From a virus, in the IMG/VR virus record IMGVR_UViG_3300033156_000150, positions 1-64,000 of that record: a DNA stretch of 64,000 nucleotides; one strand, given 5' to 3'. Each line of letters begins with the position of its first letter. The first letter of the stretch is position 1. Both the position numbers and the translations under genes were made by a program. The notes beneath the pieces were generated by a model, which saw only the letters and a program-made list of their open reading frames with translations, was not told where the DNA came from and did not search any database. This document shows positions 8,498 through 17,976 of this stretch, one piece after another.

Positions 8498-9370
8498 ATG
8501 AGGGATAAAGCTCGCACTGGCTTAAAGAGTCCTATTCGTTGGTTTGGTGGTAAGGGCAGACTGGCTTCTCGGATAGCTCCCTTGCTTGAAGCTGTGGAGC
8601 ATCGTGTCTACGTGGAGCCGTTTGGTGGAGGTGCAAGTGTTCTGTTAGCAAAGTGCCCTGTTGAGGTTGAGGTCTATAACGACATCGACCATTCTTTGTA
8701 CGAGTTTTTTTGCGTCTTGTCACAACCTTCTTTGTTCAAGAAGTTCTATCGCCGTGTGGCTTTGCTTCCTAACAGCCGTGTGCTGTATGACAAGTGTTGT
8801 GAGGAGTGGGAAAAGGAGGAGGATTTGATTGAACGTGTAGCAAAGTGGTTTGTTGTAGCTAGGCAAGCATATAGCGGGCATTTCGCTTCGGGTTGGAGTT
8901 CAACAACAGTTACCAGCCGCAGGGGAATGTCTATGAGTGTGTCCCAGTGGTTGTCTTGTATTGAAAACTTGCCGGGGATACATGCTAGGTTGCAGCGGGT
9001 GTTGTTTGAGTGTGTAGATTGGCGAAAGGTGTTAAAGCGTTACGATTCGCCTGAGACCGTGTTTTATTGTGATCCACCATATGTTCCGCAGACTCGGAGT
9101 GGTGGAGAGTATAGGTTTGAGTTGAGTTTGGATGACCATAAGGAATTGACGCAGGCACTGTTGGAGCTAAAGGGCAGGGCGGCTCTCAGTGGTTACGAGC
9201 ATGATGTTTACGAGCCATTGTTGGAAGCTGGTTGGTTGTTGAAGAGGTGGGATGTAATGTGTCATGTTAAGTGTGTTCGCGGCGTTGGGACTAGGTCGCC
9301 AAGGAGGGAGTGCATTTACTTGCATCCTGGCTTAGTTGCATCAGGTCGCGGTTCGTTGGGTGTTTTGTAG
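8498..9370 (+). CDS. dam: D12-class N6-adenine DNA methyltransferase (Dam-like)
   Basis: SPIRWFGGK, YVEPFGGGASV, VYNDID, FYCDPPY. Confidence 0.92.
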   Translation: MRDKARTGLKSPIRWFGGKGRLASRIAPLLEAVEHRVYVEPFGGGASVLLAKCPVEVEVYNDIDHSLYEFFCVLSQPSLFKKFYRRVALLPNSRVLYDKCCEEWEKEEDLIERVAKWFVVARQAYSGHFASGWSSTTVTSRRGMSMSVSQWLSCIENLPGIHARLQRVLFECVDWRKVLKRYDSPETVFYCDPPYVPQTRSGGEYRFELSLDDHKELTQALLELKGRAALSGYEHDVYEPLLEAGWLLKRWDVMCHVKCVRGVGTRSPRRECIYLHPGLVASGRGSLGVL

Positions 9371-9378
9371 AGAAGGCT

Positions 9379-10923
9379 ATGGCAAAAGAGAGTGAATTGT
9401 ACCGATTGATTGAAGCTGGTTGTGCCGACGACTTCACGGCGTTTGCCCGCTCATTGATAATCCCGTCGGCAGAAGGGCCGGTCTTGTTTGACGATGTGAT
9501 GAGGCCGTTTCAGAGGGAAGCATTTGAGGCACTGGGTCCGAGCTTGAAAGCTGTCCGGGATGGTGATGATCCACCAATACGTCGTTTCTGGATTGAGCGT
9601 ACAAAGAAGGCCAGTAAGGACATGGATCTGGCCATTGCGTTGTTGTGGCTAATGGCATTTCCCCACCGGCCTTTGGAAATTCAAGTGTGTGCGAGCAAGA
9701 GAGACCAGGCAGCTAACTTGAAGAGACGTATTGAAACAGTGCTATTCTGTAATCCATGGGTCAGCGATCGGGTCCGTGTTGTGCAGAACCGTGTGGTAAG
9801 TGAAGTCATCCCTCTGGCTGTTGTGAAAATTGAGGGGACGGATACGGGCGAAGGTACACATGGGCCGACACCTGACGTCATTGTGCTCAATGAATTGGTA
9901 CATGTTAAGCGATGGAGCGTCATGGAGACACACATGGCAAACGCGGCAGGAGTACCTCGGGGAATTGTCATCATAGCAACGAATGCGGGACATAAAGGTA
10001 CGCCAGCCGAGCGTTGGAGGGAGGAGGCGTTGGCGTCAAAGGGTAGATGGTGGGTGCAGATATGGGACAAGCCAGCTCCGTGGTTGAAGGCTGAGGACAG
10101 GGAGGAAATGCGGAGACTGGACCCGACCGGCCGGGAGTATGCCAGATTGTTTGAGGGAGCGTGGCAGAGTGGTAGAGGGGACGCTGTTGATGAGGAGAAG
10201 CTGGATGAGTGCTTTGTGCTGCCCGGTCCGCAGAAGCCAAGAAGGGGTTTGGTATATGTGGCTGGGCTTGACTTGGGAATAACGCACGACCACAGTGCTG
10301 TGGCTGTGCTTGGTGTTGATAGGCACAACCAGAGAGTGTACGTGTCGAAGTTCGAAGCATGGGAGCCGTCCCTGCCAACAGCTTCGGGGAAATTGGAAGT
10401 GGATGTTTCTGCTGTGGAACGGACATGTGTGGAGTTGTGGCGTGAGTATGGAGTAACGTGGTTCGGATACGATCCAGCCGCTGGAGGTTACATGCTGGCT
10501 CAGAGGCTGCGCCGGCTTGGGGTGCCGATGGTTGAGGTCAGCTTCAGTGGCCATGGGAATCTGACTGCAATGGCTACGGCGTTTGTGTCTTTGCTCAATG
10601 CGGGGAAGCTGAAATCGTATGATACTAAGGATGGAAGGTTGCGTAGGGACTTTGGCAAGTTTCAGCTGAAGCCCTTGTTACCAAGTGGATATCGTTTGGT
10701 GGCTGTCAGTGATGAGTGGGGGCACGCTGATATTGGGACAGCCGTTGTTTTGGTGTTGCCGACAGCAGTGAAGTTGTTGGAAGGAGTGCCTCTGTTCGAC
10801 GGGGATTTGATATATGAGCCAGCTAGAGGGAGCGAGGAACAAAGAGTTATTGAGGGGATGCCTGATGAGTTCAGGCGTATGGTAGAGCGTTTTGACTTGG
10901 ACGATATGGGTAAGGAGTCGTGA
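9379..10923 (+). CDS. terL: Terminase large subunit with divergent Walker motifs
   Basis: PFQ adenine-binding motif, Walker-A-like ERTKKASKD, Walker-B-like VIVLNE, motif III ATNAG, RNase-H-like nuclease AGLDLG...D...HAD. Confidence 0.8.
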   Translation: MAKESELYRLIEAGCADDFTAFARSLIIPSAEGPVLFDDVMRPFQREAFEALGPSLKAVRDGDDPPIRRFWIERTKKASKDMDLAIALLWLMAFPHRPLEIQVCASKRDQAANLKRRIETVLFCNPWVSDRVRVVQNRVVSEVIPLAVVKIEGTDTGEGTHGPTPDVIVLNELVHVKRWSVMETHMANAAGVPRGIVIIATNAGHKGTPAERWREEALASKGRWWVQIWDKPAPWLKAEDREEMRRLDPTGREYARLFEGAWQSGRGDAVDEEKLDECFVLPGPQKPRRGLVYVAGLDLGITHDHSAVAVLGVDRHNQRVYVSKFEAWEPSLPTASGKLEVDVSAVERTCVELWREYGVTWFGYDPAAGGYMLAQRLRRLGVPMVEVSFSGHGNLTAMATAFVSLLNAGKLKSYDTKDGRLRRDFGKFQLKPLLPSGYRLVAVSDEWGHADIGTAVVLVLPTAVKLLEGVPLFDGDLIYEPARGSEEQRVIEGMPDEFRRMVERFDLDDMGKES

Positions 10924-10924
10924 A

Positions 10925-11560
10925 GTGAGAGAAAGAGTAGGAGTCTGTTTGTCTTGTGGCAGAGAACAGAGGATAGAGGCATGGCAGTATGAGTTGCCGC
11001 ACGCTCCGCATTGTGTCTATTGTGGATCGCCCATTGATATGCGGTTGAAAATACAATCGCGCGGTTCAACAGAGAGGAAAGGTCGGTTGTGGACGTGTAG
11101 TGGGTGCAATCTCTCTTTTGTGAAACATGTTCCGTTTATACGCTTGCATCTATACAACAATCCGGAATGTTGTCGTGAGGAGTTTGTGGCAGGGGCATTT
11201 GTGAAGTTGGGATTGGTTTGTGTGCATGTCCACACTCTAATGATAGAGAAATGCCTTCGTTATGTGTTGCAGAAACGAGCGTCAGATGGTCGTCTTTTTG
11301 TATTGGATTATGCGGAGAGGAAGGACATGTTGAATGGATCAGGAAAGGATAGTAAGACAGTTGTTGTGAAGAGGGATATGTTCGTTGTCACTGGTGTCCA
11401 ACCAGAAGGACACATTGTTGAAATAGTGGCAGAAGTAAATCGCCCGAGGTTGCGAAAGGCGTGGGTTGAATTAGTAAGGCGGGCGATGAGCAAATCGTGT
11501 GCGGTTGGTTTTGAGGCTGAGTTACAGTATAATAGGTTAGTACAGGTTTCGGTTCTATAG
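10925..11560 (+). CDS. Cys-rich Zn-binding hypothetical protein
   Basis: Three CxxC pairs; follows TerL directly. Confidence 0.5.
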   Translation: MRERVGVCLSCGREQRIEAWQYELPHAPHCVYCGSPIDMRLKIQSRGSTERKGRLWTCSGCNLSFVKHVPFIRLHLYNNPECCREEFVAGAFVKLGLVCVHVHTLMIEKCLRYVLQKRASDGRLFVLDYAERKDMLNGSGKDSKTVVVKRDMFVVTGVQPEGHIVEIVAEVNRPRLRKAWVELVRRAMSKSCAVGFEAELQYNRLVQVSVL

Positions 11561-11575
11561 AGAAGGAGGTGTGTC

Positions 11576-11959
11576 ATGGGTAGTTTCGTTGAGAAACTGA
11601 AGGTTTTGGTGGAGCTGATTACTGAAGCTCTGGACGCGGCGGGGTTGGATTGGGATGATCTTGATGTCCTGTTCAATCTGAACTGGGACAAGGAAACCGT
11701 ACACGACGTCGTTGTACTGATTGCTAAGGTATTGCGGGGGGCAGCGACTGTTACAAAGAATCCTGTCGATGACGCTGTCGCTGGATTTGTCGAGGCTCAG
11801 ACTGAAGGACCGGCGTTCGACGCTCTGTACGAGTTGGTGATTGCTGTCCGGGGTCAGTTTGTGAAGACCAAAGGTGGACTGACGTCGTGGATCGACGTGG
11901 TCGAGTTGTTGATTCAACTAATCATGGCTGTCTTGGACTTGTTTACAGGAGGTGAGTAG
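11576..11959 (+). CDS. Membrane-associated, possibly holin-like protein
   Basis: Strong RBS; TKNPVDD motif; hydrophobic C-terminal helix. Confidence 0.5.
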   Translation: MGSFVEKLKVLVELITEALDAAGLDWDDLDVLFNLNWDKETVHDVVVLIAKVLRGAATVTKNPVDDAVAGFVEAQTEGPAFDALYELVIAVRGQFVKTKGGLTSWIDVVELLIQLIMAVLDLFTGGE

Positions 11960-12696
11960 TGAAGAAGCGAATGGGTTTTGGGTGGAGCCTCCCTCAGTGG
12001 GTGGTTCCTGCGGCTGTGTTAGCGGCCCTTGCGTGCGTCGCTGCTGTTGTTGCTTTCAGGGAGGGATGTGATAGCCGAATCCATCTGTATTTCATGGATG
12101 TGCCAGCTGATCTGGTTGAGGGTGCATCTGGGCAGGTGGTAATGGCGAGGGATGGATCCGTCGGTCCCTCGGAGTATTATCTCACTTGTAGCCAGCCGTC
12201 CCGCCTGATTGTCCCCGAGGTGGTTGCGTTTGAGGAGGGCGGTTTGACCACCGAGTTTACTATTGAGGCTGTGGATAACGATGTTGTGGATGGCTTGGCA
12301 TCTGTAGTGGTGGGTGTCGAAGGATTTGATGTTACTACCACGATTGTTGTGAGGGACAACGATGAAGAGCCTGGGCCAGAGCCACAGCCGGGACCGTTCC
12401 CAGCCGAAGATTGCGTTATTGTGATTGAAGAGACAGGCGAACGAACGGCGGAACAGGCGATTGTGCTGACCGACCCAGATGTGTTGGAACTCATGGATGG
12501 CAACATTTTCATCGTGGACAAGGACGTGAAGAATGTTGATGGCCAGACGCCAGATTGGTTGGAGTCTTTGTTGCCGGAGGCAGTGAAGTCTGGCCTTCCG
12601 TATGTGTACGTGGTTCGTGAGGGTAAGGTGGTAGCAAAGGGACAGCTACCTCCAACGGCCGATGCTTTAGTTGAATTTGTTGAGGGGAGCAAGTGA
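11959..12696 (+). CDS. Membrane-anchored protein: TM, Calx-beta/Ig-like domain, Pro linker, thioredoxin-like fold lacking CxxC
   Basis: N-terminal hydrophobic helix; FTIEAVDNDVVDG...VVRDND; EPGPEPQPGP; GLPYVYVV. Confidence 0.55.
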   Translation: MKKRMGFGWSLPQWVVPAAVLAALACVAAVVAFREGCDSRIHLYFMDVPADLVEGASGQVVMARDGSVGPSEYYLTCSQPSRLIVPEVVAFEEGGLTTEFTIEAVDNDVVDGLASVVVGVEGFDVTTTIVVRDNDEEPGPEPQPGPFPAEDCVIVIEETGERTAEQAIVLTDPDVLELMDGNIFIVDKDVKNVDGQTPDWLESLLPEAVKSGLPYVYVVREGKVVAKGQLPPTADALVEFVEGSK

Positions 12697-13499
12697 TGGA
12701 CGTTGATCGATATTTGCGGGTAAGGGAAGACTACCTCAGGTTGCCGTTCGAGCAGAGGCACCGTGACCTGGCTTTGCAGGACGAGTTGGAGGCTCTGAGT
12801 TGGGAGTTGGCAAACACGCCTCCTCCAGGCAGGAAAAAGGGCTTGATTCTGCGGCCGCCTCGGCTGAACGTGGTGCCTACCCTCCGCGAGGCATTTGATG
12901 TAATCCCTGTCTCCGAGTGGAGTAAGTATCTACAGGTCAAGAAACCCGTGGATCTGGAGCGATGTGTATGGACAACGCTGGATCAGGACGGGATTGGTTC
13001 CTGCGCAGCGGAGTCACCCACGGGGATCGTTATGTGTCTGCGCGAGTTGATGGGTCTGCCGCGAGTCAAGCTCAACCCCTGGTCTATCTATTGGTACACG
13101 TCGGGTGGATTTGATCGAGGCAGTACGCTCGAGGACAACTTGGAATACATCCTGCGCTATGGCATCGCTCCGATGGACGTGTGGCCTCGGTCTATGGGAT
13201 GGAACACCGAGCCGTCTGAGGAAGCTAAGCGCGAGGCTCTCAAGTATCGCCTGTTGGAATACTATCTTGTGACCGATTGGGAGGAGTTTGGAACGGCGCT
13301 GTTGCGTGGATGGCCTGTCTATTTTGGCTATGATGCTCATGCTGTGTTCGCCACCCAGCTTCTTAGTGAAACAATGCTTGAGTTCAAGAATAGTTGGGGT
13401 GAGGAGTGGGGTCGTAATGGCTTTGGTACTCTGCATAAGAGCAGGATTCAGCTTGGCTTTGGTGCGTATGCGTTCCGTTCAGTAGTGTGGAGTAAGTGA
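12693..13499 (+). CDS. Papain-like cysteine peptidase (C1 family)
   Basis: DQDGIGSC (oxyanion Q and catalytic C), HAV (His), KNSWG (Asn), WGRNGFG. Confidence 0.9.
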   Translation: MMDVDRYLRVREDYLRLPFEQRHRDLALQDELEALSWELANTPPPGRKKGLILRPPRLNVVPTLREAFDVIPVSEWSKYLQVKKPVDLERCVWTTLDQDGIGSCAAESPTGIVMCLRELMGLPRVKLNPWSIYWYTSGGFDRGSTLEDNLEYILRYGIAPMDVWPRSMGWNTEPSEEAKREALKYRLLEYYLVTDWEEFGTALLRGWPVYFGYDAHAVFATQLLSETMLEFKNSWGEEWGRNGFGTLHKSRIQLGFGAYAFRSVVWSK

Positions 13500-13732
13500 T
13501 GGGTGAAAAAGTGCGTAATGAGTGGACTCGCGAGGGACTGATTCAGACGGCTATGCAAGTCCTGCGTGAGTTTGAGCGACACGGTCTTGTCGTGCGTGTG
13601 GAGGAGTTTTTGGGCATGAAGATCCCCGAGACGAGATTGCGAGTAACCCTGGGGAAAGAGGAAAGGCCAATGACGCAGAGGTTGGTGGAGGAATGTACTA
13701 AGTGCCTGCGCTCTAGGGGAGGGGAGGGGTGA
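13496..13732 (+). CDS. Hypothetical protein
   Basis: Overlapping start and stop with its neighbours. Confidence 0.55.
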   Translation: MMGEKVRNEWTREGLIQTAMQVLREFERHGLVVRVEEFLGMKIPETRLRVTLGKEERPMTQRLVEECTKCLRSRGGEG

Positions 13733-14364
13733 GTTACGAGTACGAGTTCACGCGGAATTGGTTTCGCCGACGGAATAAGGCTACGTTTGAGCAGTTTGTG
13801 CTTCCGGTCTGGAAGGACAGACCGATCACGTGGCTGGAGATTGGGGTGTTCGAAGGCCAATCAACCGTATGGGTACTGGAGAATATACTAACCCACCCGA
13901 AGAGCAAGTTGGTGTGTATTGACCCTTGGCTGATGATGCCGCCTAAGTGGTCCGAGGAGAAGATCGAACAGGTCAGGCTGAGGGCACTCCGCAATCTGAA
14001 GCCGTGGGTCGATAGAGGCAAGTGTACTGTCCTTCGTGCTTTGTCTTGCATGGTGTTGGATAGGATGGTGTCTAAGGGGTTTGCTGGTGTGCGGAGGGGA
14101 GAGGTCGATGTGGTTTACATCGACGGGAACCATGAGGAGTTGGCTGTCCTGAGCGATGCGAGATATAGCTTCCAGTTGCTGAGGGTGGGTGGTTGGCTGA
14201 TCTTTGACGATGTGGAGATGAGTCGCCCGAGAGAACATCATGTGAAGCAGGGGTTGCATTGCTTTGTCGAGGAGGTAGGACAGTCAGTGCGGAGGGTGTT
14301 CAAACATCGGCACGTGGAAGCATGGGAGAAGGTTGACCAGACTAGTCGGGAGGTTCAAGGTTAA
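13729..14364 (+). CDS. Class I SAM-dependent methyltransferase (Methyltransf_24-like)
   Basis: LEIGVFEGQS, CIDPW, YIDGNH, LRVGGWLIFDD. Confidence 0.88.
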   Translation: MSYEYEFTRNWFRRRNKATFEQFVLPVWKDRPITWLEIGVFEGQSTVWVLENILTHPKSKLVCIDPWLMMPPKWSEEKIEQVRLRALRNLKPWVDRGKCTVLRALSCMVLDRMVSKGFAGVRRGEVDVVYIDGNHEELAVLSDARYSFQLLRVGGWLIFDDVEMSRPREHHVKQGLHCFVEEVGQSVRRVFKHRHVEAWEKVDQTSREVQG

Positions 14365-14711
14365 TGGTACGGCACGCATCGGTGTTGCTTGCAGGTGTAG
14401 GTATGATGTTACTGGGTGAGGCGACGGGCAACCCTCTGTATGACGTATTACTACAGGGGGGAGGCATGACGCTGCTGGCTGTGGTGGTGGTGATACTACT
14501 GCTCAAAGTGCTGCCTGGCTACCACCAGGCTATGAAGGATGTGGCCGAGACTCACGCCAAGGCGTTGGCCGAGTTTCGGGAGCGTCTAGAGGCGTGGGAG
14601 GTTGGTCGCAGGGAGGATAGTAAGCAGCTCAACGATACACTAATGATGATGGTTCAACGTATTCTTGAACTACGCGATTCGGTCAATGGTAGTAAAGGAG
14701 GTCAGTCATGA
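14364..14711 (+). CDS. Holin-like membrane protein
   Basis: Two hydrophobic segments followed by a charged coiled-coil C-terminus. Confidence 0.5.
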   Translation: MVRHASVLLAGVGMMLLGEATGNPLYDVLLQGGGMTLLAVVVVILLLKVLPGYHQAMKDVAETHAKALAEFRERLEAWEVGRREDSKQLNDTLMMMVQRILELRDSVNGSKGGQS

Positions 14712-15580
14712 AACGATTGCTGCTATGGACGGTGGCGTGGATTCTGGTGGCGAGTGAGGTTGCAGCGGCTCCACCTGAGGACGTGCGGAAGAAGCACGAG
14801 CAAATGTTGTACCCAGTGGTTCGGGTAACCGTGGAGGACGGCGGTGGCAGTGGGACGATCCTCTACAGCGAGGATCGCGGAGATGGTTGTCAGACATACG
14901 TCCTCACGAACAATCATGTCATTGAAGACGCGGTTAGGGTTGAGGAGCGATGGAGTAGTTTGCTCCAGAGGGACGTGAAGCAGGAGGTCAGGGAGCCGGT
15001 TAAGGTCGAGGTGTTCCGCTATGCTGAGGGCAGCGTCCAGGACATCACGGACACTTGCGTGGCCGACATTGTGGCGCGGGATAAGGAGGAGGATCTAGCA
15101 CTGCTGCGATTGAGGACGGCACACAAGTTTGATTACGTGGCGCGTTTGTTGCCGGATGAGGCTGAGGTGCATATCTTCACGCCTTGTTGGGCTGTCGGTT
15201 GCACGTTGCTCCACCCGCCGATTGCGACTGAGGGAACGATTAGCTACATGAACGAGGTGATTGAGCGCAAGACCTATTGGATGAGCACGGCTCAGATCTG
15301 CTTTGGGAATAGTGGAGGTGCGATCTTCATTGAGCACAAAGGCAACTACTACTTCGCGGGCGTGCCGTCCAGGGTGCAAGGTCTATGGCTGAATCCGGCT
15401 ACGACACAGCCGGTCACGCACATGGGATGGCTTGTACCCATCCCGAGAATCAAGGAGTGGATTGTCAAGGAGAGGCTGACGTTCCTGCTCGACGCCAAGG
15501 TGAAGCCTAGCGAGTGTTTCGCTGAGCGGGAGAGGATACGGGTGAAGTCACTGAAGGAGCTTGCGAGTGAGGATGAGTAG
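14708..15580 (+). CDS. Exported trypsin-like serine protease (S1)
   Basis: Signal peptide MKRLLLW...AAA; triad motifs LTNNHV, DLALL, GNSGG. Confidence 0.92.
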   Translation: MKRLLLWTVAWILVASEVAAAPPEDVRKKHEQMLYPVVRVTVEDGGGSGTILYSEDRGDGCQTYVLTNNHVIEDAVRVEERWSSLLQRDVKQEVREPVKVEVFRYAEGSVQDITDTCVADIVARDKEEDLALLRLRTAHKFDYVARLLPDEAEVHIFTPCWAVGCTLLHPPIATEGTISYMNEVIERKTYWMSTAQICFGNSGGAIFIEHKGNYYFAGVPSRVQGLWLNPATTQPVTHMGWLVPIPRIKEWIVKERLTFLLDAKVKPSECFAERERIRVKSLKELASEDE

Positions 15581-15612
15581 TGAGTTGTTGACTTTTGAGC
15601 AAAGGGCACGAA

Positions 15613-15936
15613 ATGACGTTGCGAAGAAAAGCTAGGCGGTTGGTGCATTTGCTGTCTCGCAGTATGCGCGAGGAACCACACAAGTGGACTGTTAGTGGAG
15701 AGGGATTGGCTAATGGTCCTTGGCGAATCATGTGGATCTACGCGCATGTGGGTTTGTTGGGACCATTGGAGTGGGAGACCCCGCTATCCCGGTCGTACAT
15801 TCCATGGCACGTCGAGTTGTCCTTTGGAGGAACGCCGGTATGGCTGCCGTTCCTAGCACGATGGAGATTGCGTCGAGCCGTGCGCCGGTTCCTTATTGAT
15901 AAAGGCATCACAAGGGAGACGGAACATGAACGGTGA
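15613..15936 (+). CDS. Hypothetical protein
   Basis: Tandem + strand ORF. Confidence 0.45.
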   Translation: MTLRRKARRLVHLLSRSMREEPHKWTVSGEGLANGPWRIMWIYAHVGLLGPLEWETPLSRSYIPWHVELSFGGTPVWLPFLARWRLRRAVRRFLIDKGITRETEHER

Positions 15937-16270
15937 TGAGTGGACGTGGCTAGCGGTTGTTTTTGTGGTGGTGTTTTGCATTGTTGGTGTAGTCGAATCA
16001 CGAGGGAAGGAAAACGAAGCCGAAGTTGTGCAGGCTTTAGTTACGGCGGAGTGGTGCGGATCGTGCAAACAGATCGAGCCATACGTTTCCAAGTTGAAGG
16101 AGAAGGGGGAGTTATGGAGGTGGGATTTTGACAAGCACAGAGAGCACTGCAAAAAGTATGGAGTAGAAGTTGTGCCCACTCTCATTGTGTGGGAGAAGCG
16201 CGACGGATGTTGGTACTGGTGTTGGTTCGTAGGTGTTGATGCGATTAGGAGATATGCAACGGATGACTGA
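15926..16270 (+). CDS. Membrane-anchored or exported thioredoxin
   Basis: N-terminal TM helix; AEWCGSC active site; YGVEVVPT cis-Pro motif. Confidence 0.88.
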   Translation: MNGDEWTWLAVVFVVVFCIVGVVESRGKENEAEVVQALVTAEWCGSCKQIEPYVSKLKEKGELWRWDFDKHREHCKKYGVEVVPTLIVWEKRDGCWYWCWFVGVDAIRRYATDD

Positions 16271-16318
16271 GGTTAGTTTTAATCAGCTACTGACGGACGT
16301 AGCAAGAGAGCTAGCCGA
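16222..16318 (+). repeat. 97-bp exact direct repeat, copy 1
   Basis: Identical to 17354-17450. It covers the 3' part of the thioredoxin gene, an RBS and the N-terminal leader of the next ORF. Confidence 0.97.
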
Positions 16319-17330
16319 CCTCCTTCGGAAATACAACCCCTACCACGATCCTCGAACGGGGAGGTTTACATTCTCCCCTTCGAGGACGGACACCTCTCAC
16401 ACTCAGGAGGTGATGGGGAAGTGGCGAGAGGAGGTGGAGGGCCGAGTTGGTGATTTAGACACGGAGGAGGGGCGTGGGAAGCTCAAGGCTGAGGTGGTAG
16501 AGAATTTGGGTGCCACACTAGAGGAGAAGGTGGGCCGGGAGAGGCTCGCTCAGGTGGCGAGGAGGTGGATGGAGGAGTGGGAGTTGAGTGATTTGATTGG
16601 GGAGGATGATGCGTACGAGATCAGGGAAACTTTGAAGGGACTGCCCCCCGAGCAGCAGGTGGTTGGTTTGCTGATTGACGCATGGGCGGTGGACTCGGGT
16701 GGGATTCCGTTGTCGCTGGCATTACAGCGCGCTGCTGCGAAGGAATTAGGTGGAAATTCGTATCCGCGCGAGGCCAGGGAGAATTCACTTGTGAGAAAGA
16801 GGTTGGAGGAGGTGTGGTCGGAGGATGAAGATGTGATTCGTGGATTCGTTAGGTCGGTGTATGACCACACCCAAAGGGAGTTGGAGGCTAGAGGGATTGA
16901 GGAGTTGGTATTGTATCGAGGGGTCAGGGTGAAGCAGGAGAAGCCTGCTGGATATACTCAAACTGGTACGTCACCAGCCTCGTCGTTCACTACCGATTAT
17001 GAGACGGCAAAGAGCTTTGCCGAAGATACCATCACTCGCACTCCGGCCGTTGCAGTTATGAGGATACCCAGAAGCAGGGTGCTTTCTACTTACATGACTG
17101 GCATTGGCTGCGCAAGCGAGAAGGAGGTGGTCGTGTCGGGAAGGGGTTTATTCAGGGCTGGGTTCGTGTATGGCTCGCAAAACATTGAGTCGGAGGACCT
17201 TTTTTGGGAGAGGTTGGAGGGGGCGAAGGCGAAGAAGGTGTTCGATTTTGATTCCGATAAGGCCTCAGCTAACTGGCCTAAGAGAACTGACGATCGATTG
17301 TCCAGTTTGTGGGGAGGTAGTAGGGTGTGA
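16263..17330 (+). CDS. Leader + YNPYHDP motif + C-terminal ADP-ribosyltransferase-like domain (putative effector)
   Basis: R-S-E signature: LYRGV, ASSFTTD, SEKEVVV. N-terminus contains KYNPYHDPRTGRFT. Confidence 0.8.
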   Translation: MTEVSFNQLLTDVARELADLLRKYNPYHDPRTGRFTFSPSRTDTSHTQEVMGKWREEVEGRVGDLDTEEGRGKLKAEVVENLGATLEEKVGRERLAQVARRWMEEWELSDLIGEDDAYEIRETLKGLPPEQQVVGLLIDAWAVDSGGIPLSLALQRAAAKELGGNSYPREARENSLVRKRLEEVWSEDEDVIRGFVRSVYDHTQRELEARGIEELVLYRGVRVKQEKPAGYTQTGTSPASSFTTDYETAKSFAEDTITRTPAVAVMRIPRSRVLSTYMTGIGCASEKEVVVSGRGLFRAGFVYGSQNIESEDLFWERLEGAKAKKVFDFDSDKASANWPKRTDDRLSSLWGGSRV

Positions 17331-17353
17331 ATGAGGAGGGAGTGTGTCTGACA

Positions 17354-17450
17354 TTGGTTCGTAGGTGTTGATGCGATTAGGAGATATGCAACGGATGACT
17401 GAGGTTAGTTTTAATCAGCTACTGACGGACGTAGCAAGAGAGCTAGCCGA
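17354..17450 (+). repeat. 97-bp exact direct repeat, copy 2
   Basis: Identical to 16222-16318. Confidence 0.97.
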
Positions 17451-17964
17451 TCTCCTTCGGAAGTATAACCCTTATCGCGATCCTCGCACCGGCCGTTTCA
17501 CTACAGGGCCTAGCAGACAAGGTGAGCGGGGCACAACTCGTCGGGGCACGTCCCGGCGAGAATCGCAAGGCTCCCGCGCGCGGTCGGAGAGAGCGAAGAG
17601 AACACATAAGCCAAGCACGAAGGAGAAGCAAAGGAGGGGGGAGGCGGAGCAAGCGAGGTTGGCGAAGGTTATTGGAGGTCGAGATGAGGGGGATAACAAG
17701 CCATTCGATGTGATTGTCGGTAGGCACGGCATCGAAGTGAAGACTGTGATGGACAACAACAATGACAAGATCACTGTACATCCATCGTCTCGCCGGCGTA
17801 AGGAGGCCGAGGCAAAGCGTCGAGGGTTGAAGATGCACACAGTGGCTATTGATGTCAGAGGCGGTCGCAGGAAGTATTACTACCGCGAGGGAGTGGGAGC
17901 TTTTCGGCTGAGGTCAATGAGGAAAGTAACGGTGGCTGAGTTGAAGAAGTTGTTGTCTGAGTGA
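17395..17964 (+). CDS. Leader + YNPYRDP motif + PD-(D/E)xK nuclease-like domain (putative effector)
   Basis: GEAEQ...KPFDVIVGRHGIEVKT restriction-endonuclease-fold motif; very basic; same leader as 16263. Confidence 0.78.
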   Translation: MTEVSFNQLLTDVARELADLLRKYNPYRDPRTGRFTTGPSRQGERGTTRRGTSRRESQGSRARSERAKRTHKPSTKEKQRRGEAEQARLAKVIGGRDEGDNKPFDVIVGRHGIEVKTVMDNNNDKITVHPSSRRRKEAEAKRRGLKMHTVAIDVRGGRRKYYYREGVGAFRLRSMRKVTVAELKKLLSE

Positions 17965-17976
17965 AAGGGAAGGACT

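Noticed and set aside
8498-9370. Complete restriction-modification system
   Set aside because: There is no adjacent endonuclease. The PD-(D/E)xK gene is 8 kb away in an effector cassette, so this looks like an orphan phage methylase.
16222-17502. Diversity-generating retroelement TR/VR pair
   Set aside because: The mismatches are synonymous and not adenine-specific, the repeat is at the 5' end of the genes, and no reverse transcriptase is in the window.
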